Assembly (NCBI GenBank): GCA_964390145.1 | Contig: CAYMHB010000003.1 | Span: 3,145 to 67,144 of the forward strand | Direction: 5' to 3' | Source of the DNA: an uncultured Oscillospiraceae bacterium | GTDB lineage: Bacteria > Bacillota > Clostridia > UMGS1883 | Length of the DNA stretch: 64,000 nucleotides | Part shown: piece by piece, positions 47,790 to 57,297 of the stretch | Numbering within the stretch: position 1 is the stretch's first letter | How the letters are laid out: every line of letters starts with the position of its first letter | Position numbers and translations under genes: made by a program | The notes under the pieces: generated by a model | What the model was told of the DNA's origin: nothing | The model's database searches: none | What the model saw: only the letters and a program-made list of their open reading frames with translations

Positions 47790-48299
47790 ATGGAAGAAAA
47801 ACTGAGCTACTTAGATGCAAGTGACCTTGAATTTTATACTTCGGACACTTCTCTTTTGTTTCTTCGCTATAGAGGGGAGGACCTCGGAAGAGTATCTATT
47901 ATAAGAATGTTCCCCTTTAAGCACGAGGAGGAATATATTGTAATCCGTCAGGAAAACTATTCAATACACGATAAAGAAAGCGAAATCGGAATACTTCGCG
48001 CAGTAAATGAGCTTCCTGAAAATCAGGCAAATCTTGTGCGCGAGGAACTCGAAAAGAGATATTTTATTCCCGACATCATTTCGGTAAGTGATGTAAAAGA
48101 AGAATTTGGAAGTGCTACATGGAAAACTACGACCACTGCAGGTGAGAGGGAATTTACTATGACAGACCTCGGAACAAATGTAAGAGGTCTTGGTAATAAT
48201 CGCGTTATGCTGGTAGATGTTTACGGAAACAGATATTACATCCCCGACATAACAAAAGCGGACGATAAAACACAAAAGGTTCTTGAAATCTGGATATAA
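47790..48299 (+). CDS. DUF1854-family protein (ABC-transporter-associated)
   Basis: It is sandwiched between two ABC genes, and the sequence (RMFPF...YFIPDI...VDVYGNRYYIPDI) is as I recall for DUF1854. I chose the start at 47790 from the AAAGGA spacing. The track ORF extends upstream into the ABC gene. Confidence 0.65.
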   Translation: MEEKLSYLDASDLEFYTSDTSLLFLRYRGEDLGRVSIIRMFPFKHEEEYIVIRQENYSIHDKESEIGILRAVNELPENQANLVREELEKRYFIPDIISVSDVKEEFGSATWKTTTTAGEREFTMTDLGTNVRGLGNNRVMLVDVYGNRYYIPDITKADDKTQKVLEIWI

Positions 48300-48313
48300 A
48301 AGGAGGCTTTTGC

Positions 48314-50584
48314 ATGAATCAGGCGGCGTCAATAATTAAATACAGTAAGCTTTTTGACCGTGCGCTTGATGGTGCAGAAATCCTGATTGCGTCAGATTTT
48401 GACTTGTCTTCAAGCGGCAAATATGTGAGTGGTGCCTTTGCGGTAAGCAGGGATAAAATCTGCGTTGTAACAGATGAAAAAGTAACACTGATTGAAAACA
48501 TATCAAACATTGAAAAGGTTTGCTGCGGAGAATATACAGGCGGTGGAATATTAGAGGCTTATTTTAAGGATGGCAGAAAACAAATTGTCCGTTTCACCAT
48601 GCGCTATATAGAACAGTTCAGCGCGATTGCTGAAATAATAAATGAGCTTGCATTGGGAAATGTCCCTCTGATAAACGAAAAAACTTTCCCGAAGGAACGG
48701 GTTTGCCCCAAATGCGGAAAACCGTTTATAAGAAACACAACAGTTTGCAGGTTCTGCACAGATAAGTTTGGAATAATTAAAAGATTGTGGTCTCTTTCAA
48801 AAAGCTGCAGACCGCTTTATGCAATTTTGCTGCTTCTTTTCTGGATAACAAGTGCCGCAACAGTTGCTACTCCCGAACTTTCAAAAAGGCTTATAAATGA
48901 TGTTCTCAATAACAAAAACGCATCGGCAAAAACACTTATTCTGATAGTTTTATTGATGCTTTTCTGCGGTGCTGTTACCTGGATTGTTGCTGCACTGCGC
49001 GATATCATTTCCTCAAAAGCAAGTAACACTCTTGTAATGGAGCTTCGCAATCACATTTATAAAAAACTTCAGGAAATGCCGCTTTCTTACATTGAGGAAA
49101 AGAAAACGGGTGACCTGATGCAACGAATTAACAACGATACACAACGTATTCAGACATTTATTCAGGACATCGCCATTATGGCAGTTAACGAAGTGTGTCT
49201 TTTTATCGCAGTTGCAATCATAACTTTTATGCTTAATGCGAAAATGGCACTTTTGATATTTATTCCGATGCCGTTTGCAGCATTTTTGGTAAATATAATA
49301 CGTCGTAGCATAAGAAGGCGCTATATGAAGCAGTGGCGCAAGATGGATAAACTTACAAACCGCCTTACTGAAGTCCTTAACGGAATAAAGGTAGTTAAGG
49401 TCTTTGGCAGAGAAAATGACGAGATAGACCGCTTCAAAGAAACTGCAGGCGTTGTAAGGGATATTACATGTAAAAACGAGAAATATGTTTATACAGTTTT
49501 TCCGCTTATCAAATTCCTTATGGGTCTTGGCGGATATTTCGTGCTTCTTTACGGCGGAAGTATGGTTCTCGGAAATAATATGAGCGTAGGTGAACTTGTA
49601 CAGTTTTCTTCCTACGGAAGCTTTCTTTACAGTAAACTCGAATGGTTTACAATGCTTCCCAGACACTTTACAATGGCAATGGTAAGCTCACAGCGCGTAT
49701 TTGAAGTGCTTGACGAAACCGATGAAAAGGTTGGCGCAAGTGATTCTCGCATAGACGACATTAAAGATAAAATTGAATTTCAGAAGGTATCTTTTGGCTA
49801 CAAGAGTTACCGAAAGGTGCTTAAAAATATAAATGAAAGTGTCAGAAAAGGCGAAATGATAGGACTTGTAGGACACAGTGGAGCAGGTAAGAGCACACTT
49901 ATAAACCTCATAATGCGTCTTTACAATGCAGACAGCGGAAAGATATTGCTCGACGGCATCGACGTAAATGATTATCAAAAGGACGATTATAAGGATATGC
50001 TCGGTGTAGTGCTTCAGGAAAGTTACCTCTTCAGCGGAACTATTCTGGAAAACATCTGCTATTCAAATCCTTCTGCAACATTGGAAGATTGCGTGCTCGC
50101 TGCAAAAAAGGCAAATGCACATGATTTTATAATGTCGCTGCCGGATGCATATGATACATATGTAGGCGAGAAGGGACACCGTCTTTCAGGTGGTGAGAGA
50201 CAAAGGATTTCGATTGCCCGTGCAATTATTTCAAATCCAAAACTTCTGGTACTCGACGAGGCGACGGCATCGGTAGACACCCAGACCGAACAAAAGATAC
50301 AAAGCGCACTCAAAAATGTTACGGAAGGCAAAACTGTTTTTGCGATTGCACACAGACTCTCGACACTCAAAAATGCCGACAGACTCTTTGTCCTTGAGGA
50401 AGGAAAAATTGTTGAAACGGGAACGCATAAGGAACTTGTAGAAAAAGACGGCATATATGCTTCGCTTCTTCGTGCACAGCAGGAGATGGCTACAAGAAGC
50501 ACAACAATAGATAATACTCATATTAAAAAGGACGAATCAGAAACAAAAAATTTCGAAGGGAATGTAGAAGATGAGCAAGATTAA
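48314..50584 (+). CDS. ABC exporter half-transporter with a ~170-aa N-terminal extension including a zinc ribbon
   Basis: It has Walker A GHSGAGKST, LSGGERQRI and LLVLDEATASVD. The N-terminal extension contains CPKCGKPFIRNTTVCRFC. Confidence 0.9.
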   Translation: MNQAASIIKYSKLFDRALDGAEILIASDFDLSSSGKYVSGAFAVSRDKICVVTDEKVTLIENISNIEKVCCGEYTGGGILEAYFKDGRKQIVRFTMRYIEQFSAIAEIINELALGNVPLINEKTFPKERVCPKCGKPFIRNTTVCRFCTDKFGIIKRLWSLSKSCRPLYAILLLLFWITSAATVATPELSKRLINDVLNNKNASAKTLILIVLLMLFCGAVTWIVAALRDIISSKASNTLVMELRNHIYKKLQEMPLSYIEEKKTGDLMQRINNDTQRIQTFIQDIAIMAVNEVCLFIAVAIITFMLNAKMALLIFIPMPFAAFLVNIIRRSIRRRYMKQWRKMDKLTNRLTEVLNGIKVVKVFGRENDEIDRFKETAGVVRDITCKNEKYVYTVFPLIKFLMGLGGYFVLLYGGSMVLGNNMSVGELVQFSSYGSFLYSKLEWFTMLPRHFTMAMVSSQRVFEVLDETDEKVGASDSRIDDIKDKIEFQKVSFGYKSYRKVLKNINESVRKGEMIGLVGHSGAGKSTLINLIMRLYNADSGKILLDGIDVNDYQKDDYKDMLGVVLQESYLFSGTILENICYSNPSATLEDCVLAAKKANAHDFIMSLPDAYDTYVGEKGHRLSGGERQRISIARAIISNPKLLVLDEATASVDTQTEQKIQSALKNVTEGKTVFAIAHRLSTLKNADRLFVLEEGKIVETGTHKELVEKDGIYASLLRAQQEMATRSTTIDNTHIKKDESETKNFEGNVEDEQD

Positions 50585-51458
50585 AATCATTACTGACAGC
50601 GGCAGCGATATTTCAGTTGAAACCGCACAAAAACTCGGAATACGCGTTCTTCCTATTTCATTTACATTTGACGGTGAAACATATTACAGGGAAGGGCTTG
50701 ATATGAGCAAAGCTGAATTTTATGAAAAGCTTTCAGACAAAGATGCTCCTATCCCGAAAACTGCTCAGGTAACACCCATTCAGTTTATCGATGCATATAA
50801 CGAAGAATACGATAATGGCTATGATATCCTCATCGTCGTTACTATTTCCTCAAAGGGCAGCGGCATGTACCAGAACGCCGTTATGTCTGCACAGGAAGTT
50901 ATGGATGAGCGCGGCGGAGAAATTATTGTTATTGATACTATGGGTTATTCCTGCATGTACGGTGCGCCCGTTATCCATGCGGCTAATATGATTAGTGAGG
51001 GGAAGGGAAAGGACGAGATTGTTTCCTACCTTAAAGAATCAACGGGAAGCATCAAGACATATTTCCTTGTAGATGAACTTTTGCATCTGAAAAAAGGCGG
51101 AAGAATCAACTCTGCAACGCTTGTTCTTGCAAATATGCTTGAAATAAAGCCCATCCTTGACATAAGGGACGGACTTGTGGTTCAGGACGGCTCTCTCAGA
51201 GGCAGCAAACGCCTTATGAAAAAGCTTGTTAACAAGGCGAAAACCGACGGATACGACCTTTCGGGAAGAAGAGTTTTCGTTGCGAATACATCTTGCCCCG
51301 ATATTGCAGAAGAACTTAAGGCAGAACTTTCAGAAGCGTTTGATGGTATTGAATTCAACGAATACAGAGTTGGCTCTGTAATAGGTTGCCACGGTGGACC
51401 GGGACTTGTTGGTTTTGTGTTTTCAGACAAATATGATTTTGAAGATTTTGAGGGTTAA
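50571..51458 (+). CDS. DegV-family fatty-acid-binding protein
   Basis: It begins KIITDSGSDI and has DegV-like sequence throughout. Its start overlaps the end of the ABC gene by 14 nt. Confidence 0.85.
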   Translation: MSKIKIITDSGSDISVETAQKLGIRVLPISFTFDGETYYREGLDMSKAEFYEKLSDKDAPIPKTAQVTPIQFIDAYNEEYDNGYDILIVVTISSKGSGMYQNAVMSAQEVMDERGGEIIVIDTMGYSCMYGAPVIHAANMISEGKGKDEIVSYLKESTGSIKTYFLVDELLHLKKGGRINSATLVLANMLEIKPILDIRDGLVVQDGSLRGSKRLMKKLVNKAKTDGYDLSGRRVFVANTSCPDIAEELKAELSEAFDGIEFNEYRVGSVIGCHGGPGLVGFVFSDKYDFEDFEG

Positions 51459-51460
51459 TT

Positions 51461-52312
51461 ATGTGGGTAGCAGATAAGTGGAAAGACTACGAATGTATAG
51501 ATACGGCAAACGGCGAAAAACTCGAGCGTTGGGGAAATATAATCCTTTGCAGACCCGATCCGCAGGTTATTTGGGATGAAAAGGCAGACTCTTCGCGCTG
51601 GAGGGAGGTAAACGCCCATTATCACCGTTCATCAAGCGGTGGCGGAAAATGGGAGTTTAGAAAAGATTTGCCCGAACAGTGGACAGTAAATTACAGAGAT
51701 TTGACGTTTAACATCAAACCTATGGGCTTCAAGCATACTGGACTATTTCCCGAACAGGCGGTTAACTGGGACTATATGGCAGAGAAGATTAAAACACGTA
51801 AAGGTGCAAAGGTTCTTAATCTCTTTGCCTATACTGGTGGTGCTACTGTTGCCTGTGCCAAAGCAGGCGCAAGTGTGACACATGTTGACGCATCAAAGGG
51901 TATGGTTCAGTGGGCAAAGGAAAACGCCCGTTCAAGCGGTCTTGCTGATGCACCCATAAGATACCTTGTTGACGATTGTATGAAATTCGTTGAACGCGAG
52001 ATAAGACGCGGAAACAAGTATGACGCTATCCTGATGGACCCTCCGTCTTATGGCAGAGGTCCGGGCGGCGAAGTGTGGAAAATTGAGGATTCAATCTGCC
52101 AGTTTGTACGCAGGTGCGCACTTCTTTTAAGTGATGAACCGTTGTTTTTCATCATAAATTCTTACACGACGGGACTCGCTCCTACCGTGCTTACAAACCT
52201 TATGAAAATATGTCTTCCTGAAGGGAAGATAGAATCAAGTGAAATTGGACTTAATATTACAGCGTCTTCCATGGTGCTTCCGTGCGGAGCGACGGGAAGA
52301 TGGGAAAAATAG
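51461..52312 (+). CDS. class I SAM-dependent methyltransferase (COG1092/RlmI-like core)
   Basis: The SAM motif is VLNLFAYTGGATVACAKAGA, followed by ILMDPPSYGRG. Confidence 0.8.
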   Translation: MWVADKWKDYECIDTANGEKLERWGNIILCRPDPQVIWDEKADSSRWREVNAHYHRSSSGGGKWEFRKDLPEQWTVNYRDLTFNIKPMGFKHTGLFPEQAVNWDYMAEKIKTRKGAKVLNLFAYTGGATVACAKAGASVTHVDASKGMVQWAKENARSSGLADAPIRYLVDDCMKFVEREIRRGNKYDAILMDPPSYGRGPGGEVWKIEDSICQFVRRCALLLSDEPLFFIINSYTTGLAPTVLTNLMKICLPEGKIESSEIGLNITASSMVLPCGATGRWEK

Positions 52313-52327
52313 TATTGGATTGATTGT

Positions 52328-53179
52328 ATGAATATTATTGAGGCGAAGGAACTGACTTTTTCCTACAAAAGTAACGAAAAGGAAAAGGTGGTTTTAGATT
52401 CTCTTAATCTTAATATTGAAAAAGGCAGTTTTACTGCAATTATCGGACATAACGGCAGCGGAAAAAGTACATTTGCAAAGCATATAAACGCAATACTTCT
52501 CCCAAGTGGTGGCAGTATCCGTGTTTGCGGCATTGACTCAAAGGACGAAGAAAAACTCTACGAACTACGAAAATCTGCAGGTATGGTTTTCCAGAATCCC
52601 GACAACCAGATTGTTGCAACAATAGTCGAAGAAGATGTTGCCTTCGGCCTTGAAAATTTAGGCATAGAGTGGGAAGAAATGCACAAAAGGGTGGAATCCG
52701 CTCTTGAAGCGGTTAATATGTACAAGTATCGCAAGCGTGCACCGCATCTGCTCTCCGGTGGACAAAAACAGCGTGTTGCGATTGCAGGAATACTTGCTAT
52801 GCAGCCGCAGTGTATTATACTTGACGAGCCTACGGCGATGCTTGACCCCAAGGGCAGGAGAGAAGTTATGGATACAATCCTTTCTCTCAACAAAGAGAAA
52901 AACATCACTATCATAATGATAACTCATTATATGGATGAGGCTGCAAAGGCTGACCGTGTGATTGTGCTTGACCGCGGAAAAGTTATGTTTGACGATACTC
53001 CGGAAAAAGTTTTTGAAAATGAGAAAGAACTTTTGGAATTAGGACTTAATGTGCCGCATCCTACGGCTCTTGCACACAGGCTTTGTGAAAAAGGAATAAA
53101 AATTGATAGCAGCGTCCTTACACCTGAGGAATGTGCCCGTGAAATACTCAAGCATACGTTGCTCAAACAAAGGAAATAG
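52328..53179 (+). CDS. ecfA1: energy-coupling factor transporter ATPase
   Basis: The motifs are GHNGSGKST, LSGGQKQRV and IILDEPTAMLD. It sits in the ecfA1-ecfA2-ecfT-truA arrangement. Confidence 0.9.
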   Translation: MNIIEAKELTFSYKSNEKEKVVLDSLNLNIEKGSFTAIIGHNGSGKSTFAKHINAILLPSGGSIRVCGIDSKDEEKLYELRKSAGMVFQNPDNQIVATIVEEDVAFGLENLGIEWEEMHKRVESALEAVNMYKYRKRAPHLLSGGQKQRVAIAGILAMQPQCIILDEPTAMLDPKGRREVMDTILSLNKEKNITIIMITHYMDEAAKADRVIVLDRGKVMFDDTPEKVFENEKELLELGLNVPHPTALAHRLCEKGIKIDSSVLTPEECAREILKHTLLKQRK

Positions 53180-53181
53180 TT

Positions 53182-54033
53182 ATGATTGAACTGAGGAATA
53201 TTTCATATTCGTACAGTGCAAACAGCAGTGAAAATACCGTTGCGCTGAAGAATATAAATCTGAAAATAAATAAAGGTGAATTTATCGGCATTGCAGGTCA
53301 CACCGGTAGCGGCAAGACAACCGTAGCACAAATCCTTGCAGGCCTCATAAACCCTTCTGCGGGCGAGATTTTCGTGGATGGAGAAGGTTTATCCGATTAC
53401 AAAAGCGCCGCACGGGCGCTCAGAAGCAAAGTCGGAATTGTATTTCAGTATCCCGAACATCAGCTTTTTGAAGAAACTGTGTATCGCGATATTGCCTTCG
53501 GACCGAAAAACAAGGGACTTTCTGAAAAGGAAATTGATGAATGTGTAAGAAGAAGTGCGCACCTTGCGCATCTTAAAGAGGAACTTTTCGAGAAATCTCC
53601 TTTTGAACTTTCCGGCGGTCAGAAGAGGCGCGTAGCAATTGCAGGTGTGCTTGCTACAACTCCTGAAATACTGATTCTGGACGAGCCTGCTGCGGGACTT
53701 GACCCATCAGGCAGAGCACGTCTTTTAGCGGAACTCAGAAGAATAAGGGAAGAGGAAGGAACAACTGTTGTGCTGATTTCTCACAGTATGGAGGATTTGG
53801 CAGAAAATGTTGACAGAATCATTCTCTTAAATAACGGCGAAAAAATCAAGGATGCTACCGTAAATGAAGTTTTTGATGATGTAGAAACACTTGAAAACTG
53901 CTCTCTTGAAATTCCCGAAATAACTAAGGTTATAAAACTTCTTAATGAAGGCGGAATGAATCTTGCTGAAAATATCTTCACCGTTGAAGATGCGGTTGTT
54001 GCAATCTCAAAAGCGTTGGAGGTGGAGAAATGA
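53182..54033 (+). CDS. ecfA2: energy-coupling factor transporter ATPase
   Basis: The motifs are GHTGSGKTT, LSGGQKRRV and ILILDEPAAGLD. Confidence 0.9.
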   Translation: MIELRNISYSYSANSSENTVALKNINLKINKGEFIGIAGHTGSGKTTVAQILAGLINPSAGEIFVDGEGLSDYKSAARALRSKVGIVFQYPEHQLFEETVYRDIAFGPKNKGLSEKEIDECVRRSAHLAHLKEELFEKSPFELSGGQKRRVAIAGVLATTPEILILDEPAAGLDPSGRARLLAELRRIREEEGTTVVLISHSMEDLAENVDRIILLNNGEKIKDATVNEVFDDVETLENCSLEIPEITKVIKLLNEGGMNLAENIFTVEDAVVAISKALEVEK

Positions 54034-54833
54034 TAAGAGACATTACCATCGGGCAGTATTATGATGCCCAATCTCCAATTCATAAAATGGACCCCAGAAC
54101 AAAGATTTTATGGACGCTTTTTTATATGATTGCCCTCTTTGCTGTAAATGGGCTTTGGTCATATATCACAATCATAGCGTTTACAACTCTTGTTATTGCG
54201 GTGTCTAAAATACCCGTTAAATTTATGCTTCGAGGTCTTAAACCGATAATTCTGCTTGTAGTTATTACGGCGGCGCTCAATCTTTTTATGACTCAGGGCG
54301 AAAATGTCATTTTCTCGAAAGGAATATTCACAATTACTCTCGAGGGTGTTTATATGGCAACAAAAATGGCTGTAAGAATAATTCTTCTGATTGTCGGAAC
54401 TTCAATTCTTACGCTTACAACTACACCTACTGTCTTAACCGGCGGTCTGGAGGTGCTTTTGTCACCGCTTAAAAAAATAGGTGTCCCCATATCTGTATTT
54501 GTCATGATGATTGGTATTGCTCTTCGCTTTATTCCTACGCTTCTTGATGAAACGGATAAGATAATTAAGGCTCAGACATCACGCGGTGCAGATTTTGAAA
54601 ACAAAAACCCTATAAAGCGTATTAAATCAATGATACCAATTTTGATTCCGCTCTTTGTCAGCGCTTTCAGAAGAGCAGACGACCTTGCAGTAGCAATGGA
54701 ATGTCGCTGTTATAATGCAGATGCAAATCGCAGCAGTTACCGTAGATTCTCATTTGGTAAATATGATTTATATGCGCTCATATCTGGGATTATACTCACG
54801 ATTATACTTGTGGTTATAAAGGTTGTGCTCTAA
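54030..54833 (+). CDS. ecfT: energy-coupling factor transporter transmembrane component
   Basis: It is a CbiQ-like polytopic protein. It overlaps ecfA2 through an ATGA junction. Confidence 0.85.
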   Translation: MIRDITIGQYYDAQSPIHKMDPRTKILWTLFYMIALFAVNGLWSYITIIAFTTLVIAVSKIPVKFMLRGLKPIILLVVITAALNLFMTQGENVIFSKGIFTITLEGVYMATKMAVRIILLIVGTSILTLTTTPTVLTGGLEVLLSPLKKIGVPISVFVMMIGIALRFIPTLLDETDKIIKAQTSRGADFENKNPIKRIKSMIPILIPLFVSAFRRADDLAVAMECRCYNADANRSSYRRFSFGKYDLYALISGIILTIILVVIKVVL

Positions 54834-55568
54834 ATGAATTATAAAATGACAATGGCATACGACGGCACGAACTATCATGGTTGGCAACGCCAGAAAAACG
54901 GCATTACCGTTCAGGAAGTTCTGGAAGATGTCCTTTCCGAAATGTTTGGAGTGGAAACTGTTGTTACAGGCTGTTCCAGAACCGACGCAGGCGTTCATGC
55001 CAGAATATATGTGTGCAGTTTTTGTGGCGAAACTACAATTCCCGCCGACAAAATACCATTTGTTCTCAATACAAAACTCCCCGATGATATCAGGGTATAT
55101 AAGTGCGAAGAAGTTTCCGACGATTTTAATGCAAGATTTCATACAGTAACCAAGGCGTATGAGTATAAAATCGTTAACCGTGCTTTTCAGAACCCGCTTC
55201 TTCGTAATTTTGCGTGGCATTATCCGATTGAACTTGATGTCGAAAAAATGCAAAAAGCTGCCGAAATTATAAAAGGAAAGCATGATTTTGCATCCTTTTG
55301 TGCGGCAGGAAGCGTTGTTAAATCAACTGTCAGAAATATTACTGAATTGACTGTGAGAAAAGACGGAGACATAATAACTGTGCGTGCCGCTGCAGATGGT
55401 TTTCTGTATAATATGGTGCGTATTATTGTCGGGACGCTCGTTTATGTAGGAAACGGAAAACTTTCCGAAAACGATATAAAAGACCTTATTGAAAAGAAGG
55501 ACAGGCGTGAGATGGGAATTACTGCCCCGCCGCAGGGACTTTCGCTTGTGGAGGTTAACTATGAATAA
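54834..55568 (+). CDS. truA: tRNA pseudouridine(38-40) synthase
   Basis: It has the catalytic motif SRTDAGVHA and the canonical position after ecfT. Confidence 0.9.
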   Translation: MNYKMTMAYDGTNYHGWQRQKNGITVQEVLEDVLSEMFGVETVVTGCSRTDAGVHARIYVCSFCGETTIPADKIPFVLNTKLPDDIRVYKCEEVSDDFNARFHTVTKAYEYKIVNRAFQNPLLRNFAWHYPIELDVEKMQKAAEIIKGKHDFASFCAAGSVVKSTVRNITELTVRKDGDIITVRAAADGFLYNMVRIIVGTLVYVGNGKLSENDIKDLIEKKDRREMGITAPPQGLSLVEVNYE

Positions 55569-56679
55569 ACAAAAGATGCTTAATATACTAAAAAACATTC
55601 TGGCGGTAATTGTTGTTGTTGCAATGTTTATAATTGTTTTTTATCAGAACAGAGACAGGGATATTTTTGAATTTGGTAAAAACGGAGGCAACGAACTTCT
55701 TTCAAACTCACAAGACGGAGGCGCTTTTTACGGTGGCGATATTGCCAGACTTGAGGATAAGGTTGCTTTCCTTACCACAACCAATTTTACAGTAGTTAAC
55801 AAAAAAGGAGAGACTGAAAGCTTCCCTATAGCAATTTCAGACCCGACTTTACATGTAAAAGGGGAATGGGCGGCATGTTATGACGCGGACTCAAAAGAAG
55901 TTCTTGTTTTTAAAAAGGAATCTCAGGCATATACTGTAAAAACAAATAATAAAATAATCAGTGCAAAGGTGAATAAGAACGGATACCTTTTCGCAGTAAC
56001 TGAAAAAGAAGGCTATAACTGTGAATGTATGGTATATAACAACAAGGGCGAAGCTATTTTCAAATGGGATATCAGCAAAAGTGAATTTCTGGACGGCGAC
56101 ATAAACTTCACCAACAACACCATGGCTTTATCACTGGCTTCTGCAGGCAAGGATAAGCTTGTGGGTGAGGTTTACCTGATTGATATGACAACTGCAGAGG
56201 TTATTAAAAAAATAACTTTTGATTCAGAAATTTTCTATTCTTTAACATTTAACAGAGACGATACCTATACGCTTTTAGGGAATAGTTCTCTTGCATACTT
56301 TAATTCCGACGGAACAAAAAGGTGGTCATATAAGTTCGGAGACAAGTCTCTTATAAAAGCAGACATTTCAAAAAATGACAGACTTGTACTTGCTTTTTCA
56401 TCAACAAATATAGCTAAGGGGAAATCCACGGATATAAAGATTGTGAACAGTCTCGGTGAAGTTACTGCAGAAAATAATTACAGCGGTACTATCGATGCCA
56501 TCAGTCAGAATGAAGATTCAATCGCTTTTGCATTTGGCAAAAAAGTCTATGTTACAAACGGAAAATTGCACGAAAAGAAAAAAACACAATCAGAATACAA
56601 TATAAAGAAAATGGTACTTTATAAAGACAGTAAATATTTATTTGTTCTTGGAAACACAGGCGGAAATGTTATAGAGTAA
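55561..56679 (+). CDS. membrane-anchored hypothetical protein (beta-rich extracytoplasmic domain)
   Basis: I moved the start to the ATG at 55561 (MNKQKMLNILKNILAVIVVVAMFIIVF), which overlaps the truA stop. I cannot name a family with confidence. Confidence 0.55.
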   Translation: MNKQKMLNILKNILAVIVVVAMFIIVFYQNRDRDIFEFGKNGGNELLSNSQDGGAFYGGDIARLEDKVAFLTTTNFTVVNKKGETESFPIAISDPTLHVKGEWAACYDADSKEVLVFKKESQAYTVKTNNKIISAKVNKNGYLFAVTEKEGYNCECMVYNNKGEAIFKWDISKSEFLDGDINFTNNTMALSLASAGKDKLVGEVYLIDMTTAEVIKKITFDSEIFYSLTFNRDDTYTLLGNSSLAYFNSDGTKRWSYKFGDKSLIKADISKNDRLVLAFSSTNIAKGKSTDIKIVNSLGEVTAENNYSGTIDAISQNEDSIAFAFGKKVYVTNGKLHEKKKTQSEYNIKKMVLYKDSKYLFVLGNTGGNVIE

Positions 56680-56689
56680 GGGATGAATT

Positions 56690-57256
56690 ATGACGGATAT
56701 TATTTTAATTTTTATTTTAGTTTTATTTGCATACGATGGCTGGAAGAGAGGCTTTGTTAAAAAGCTCTTAGGATTAGTTTCTACGGTAATTTCTCTCATT
56801 TTCAGTATAATTCTCTATAATCCGATATCAAAATTCATCAGCGAATCTTCTTTGGGTGCTTTTGTGAGGGAAAATGTATATAACTTCCTTCAGGAAAAAG
56901 GAGAACAGCTTTTAAAAACTGATGTCGCAGTAGAAACTGCAAGTACTATAATTATAAATACGATAAGTTTTATAATTATCATAATTCTGGCGAAAATTCT
57001 TGTAACAATACTTTCTGAAGTGCTCAATATCGCTTCGAAGTTCCCTGTTATAAAGCAGGCTAATAAGGTCTTGGGTATGGCAATCGGTCTTGTTAGCGGA
57101 CTTTTAATATGCTACATAGCAATAGGGGTAATGAAAAATCTCTCTGCAAATGCTACGGTTTCTCAAATATTAGAAAGCATTAAAAGTTCATCAATCGCTG
57201 TAAGGTTTTACGATAACAACATTGTTGCGGATGTTTTAACAAAGATTATGGAATAA
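56690..57256 (+). CDS. CvpA-family membrane protein
   Basis: The N-terminus ILIFILVLFAYDGWKRGFVKKLLGLVS is typical of CvpA. Confidence 0.75.
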   Translation: MTDIILIFILVLFAYDGWKRGFVKKLLGLVSTVISLIFSIILYNPISKFISESSLGAFVRENVYNFLQEKGEQLLKTDVAVETASTIIINTISFIIIIILAKILVTILSEVLNIASKFPVIKQANKVLGMAIGLVSGLLICYIAIGVMKNLSANATVSQILESIKSSSIAVRFYDNNIVADVLTKIME

Positions 57257-57297
57257 AAATCAGTCCCTGAATACGTAAATTCAGGGACTGATTTTTA
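57255..57297. terminator. bidirectional terminator between convergent genes
   Basis: A 15-bp stem, aatcagtccctgaat / attcagggactgatt, is present. Confidence 0.8.

Noticed and set aside
49013-49666. A 217-aa minus-strand ORF. I reject the similar shadow ORFs at 30595..31179, 54768..55283 and 13923..14489 for the same reason.
   Set aside because: All are antisense to strongly supported genes and lack RBSs and motifs.
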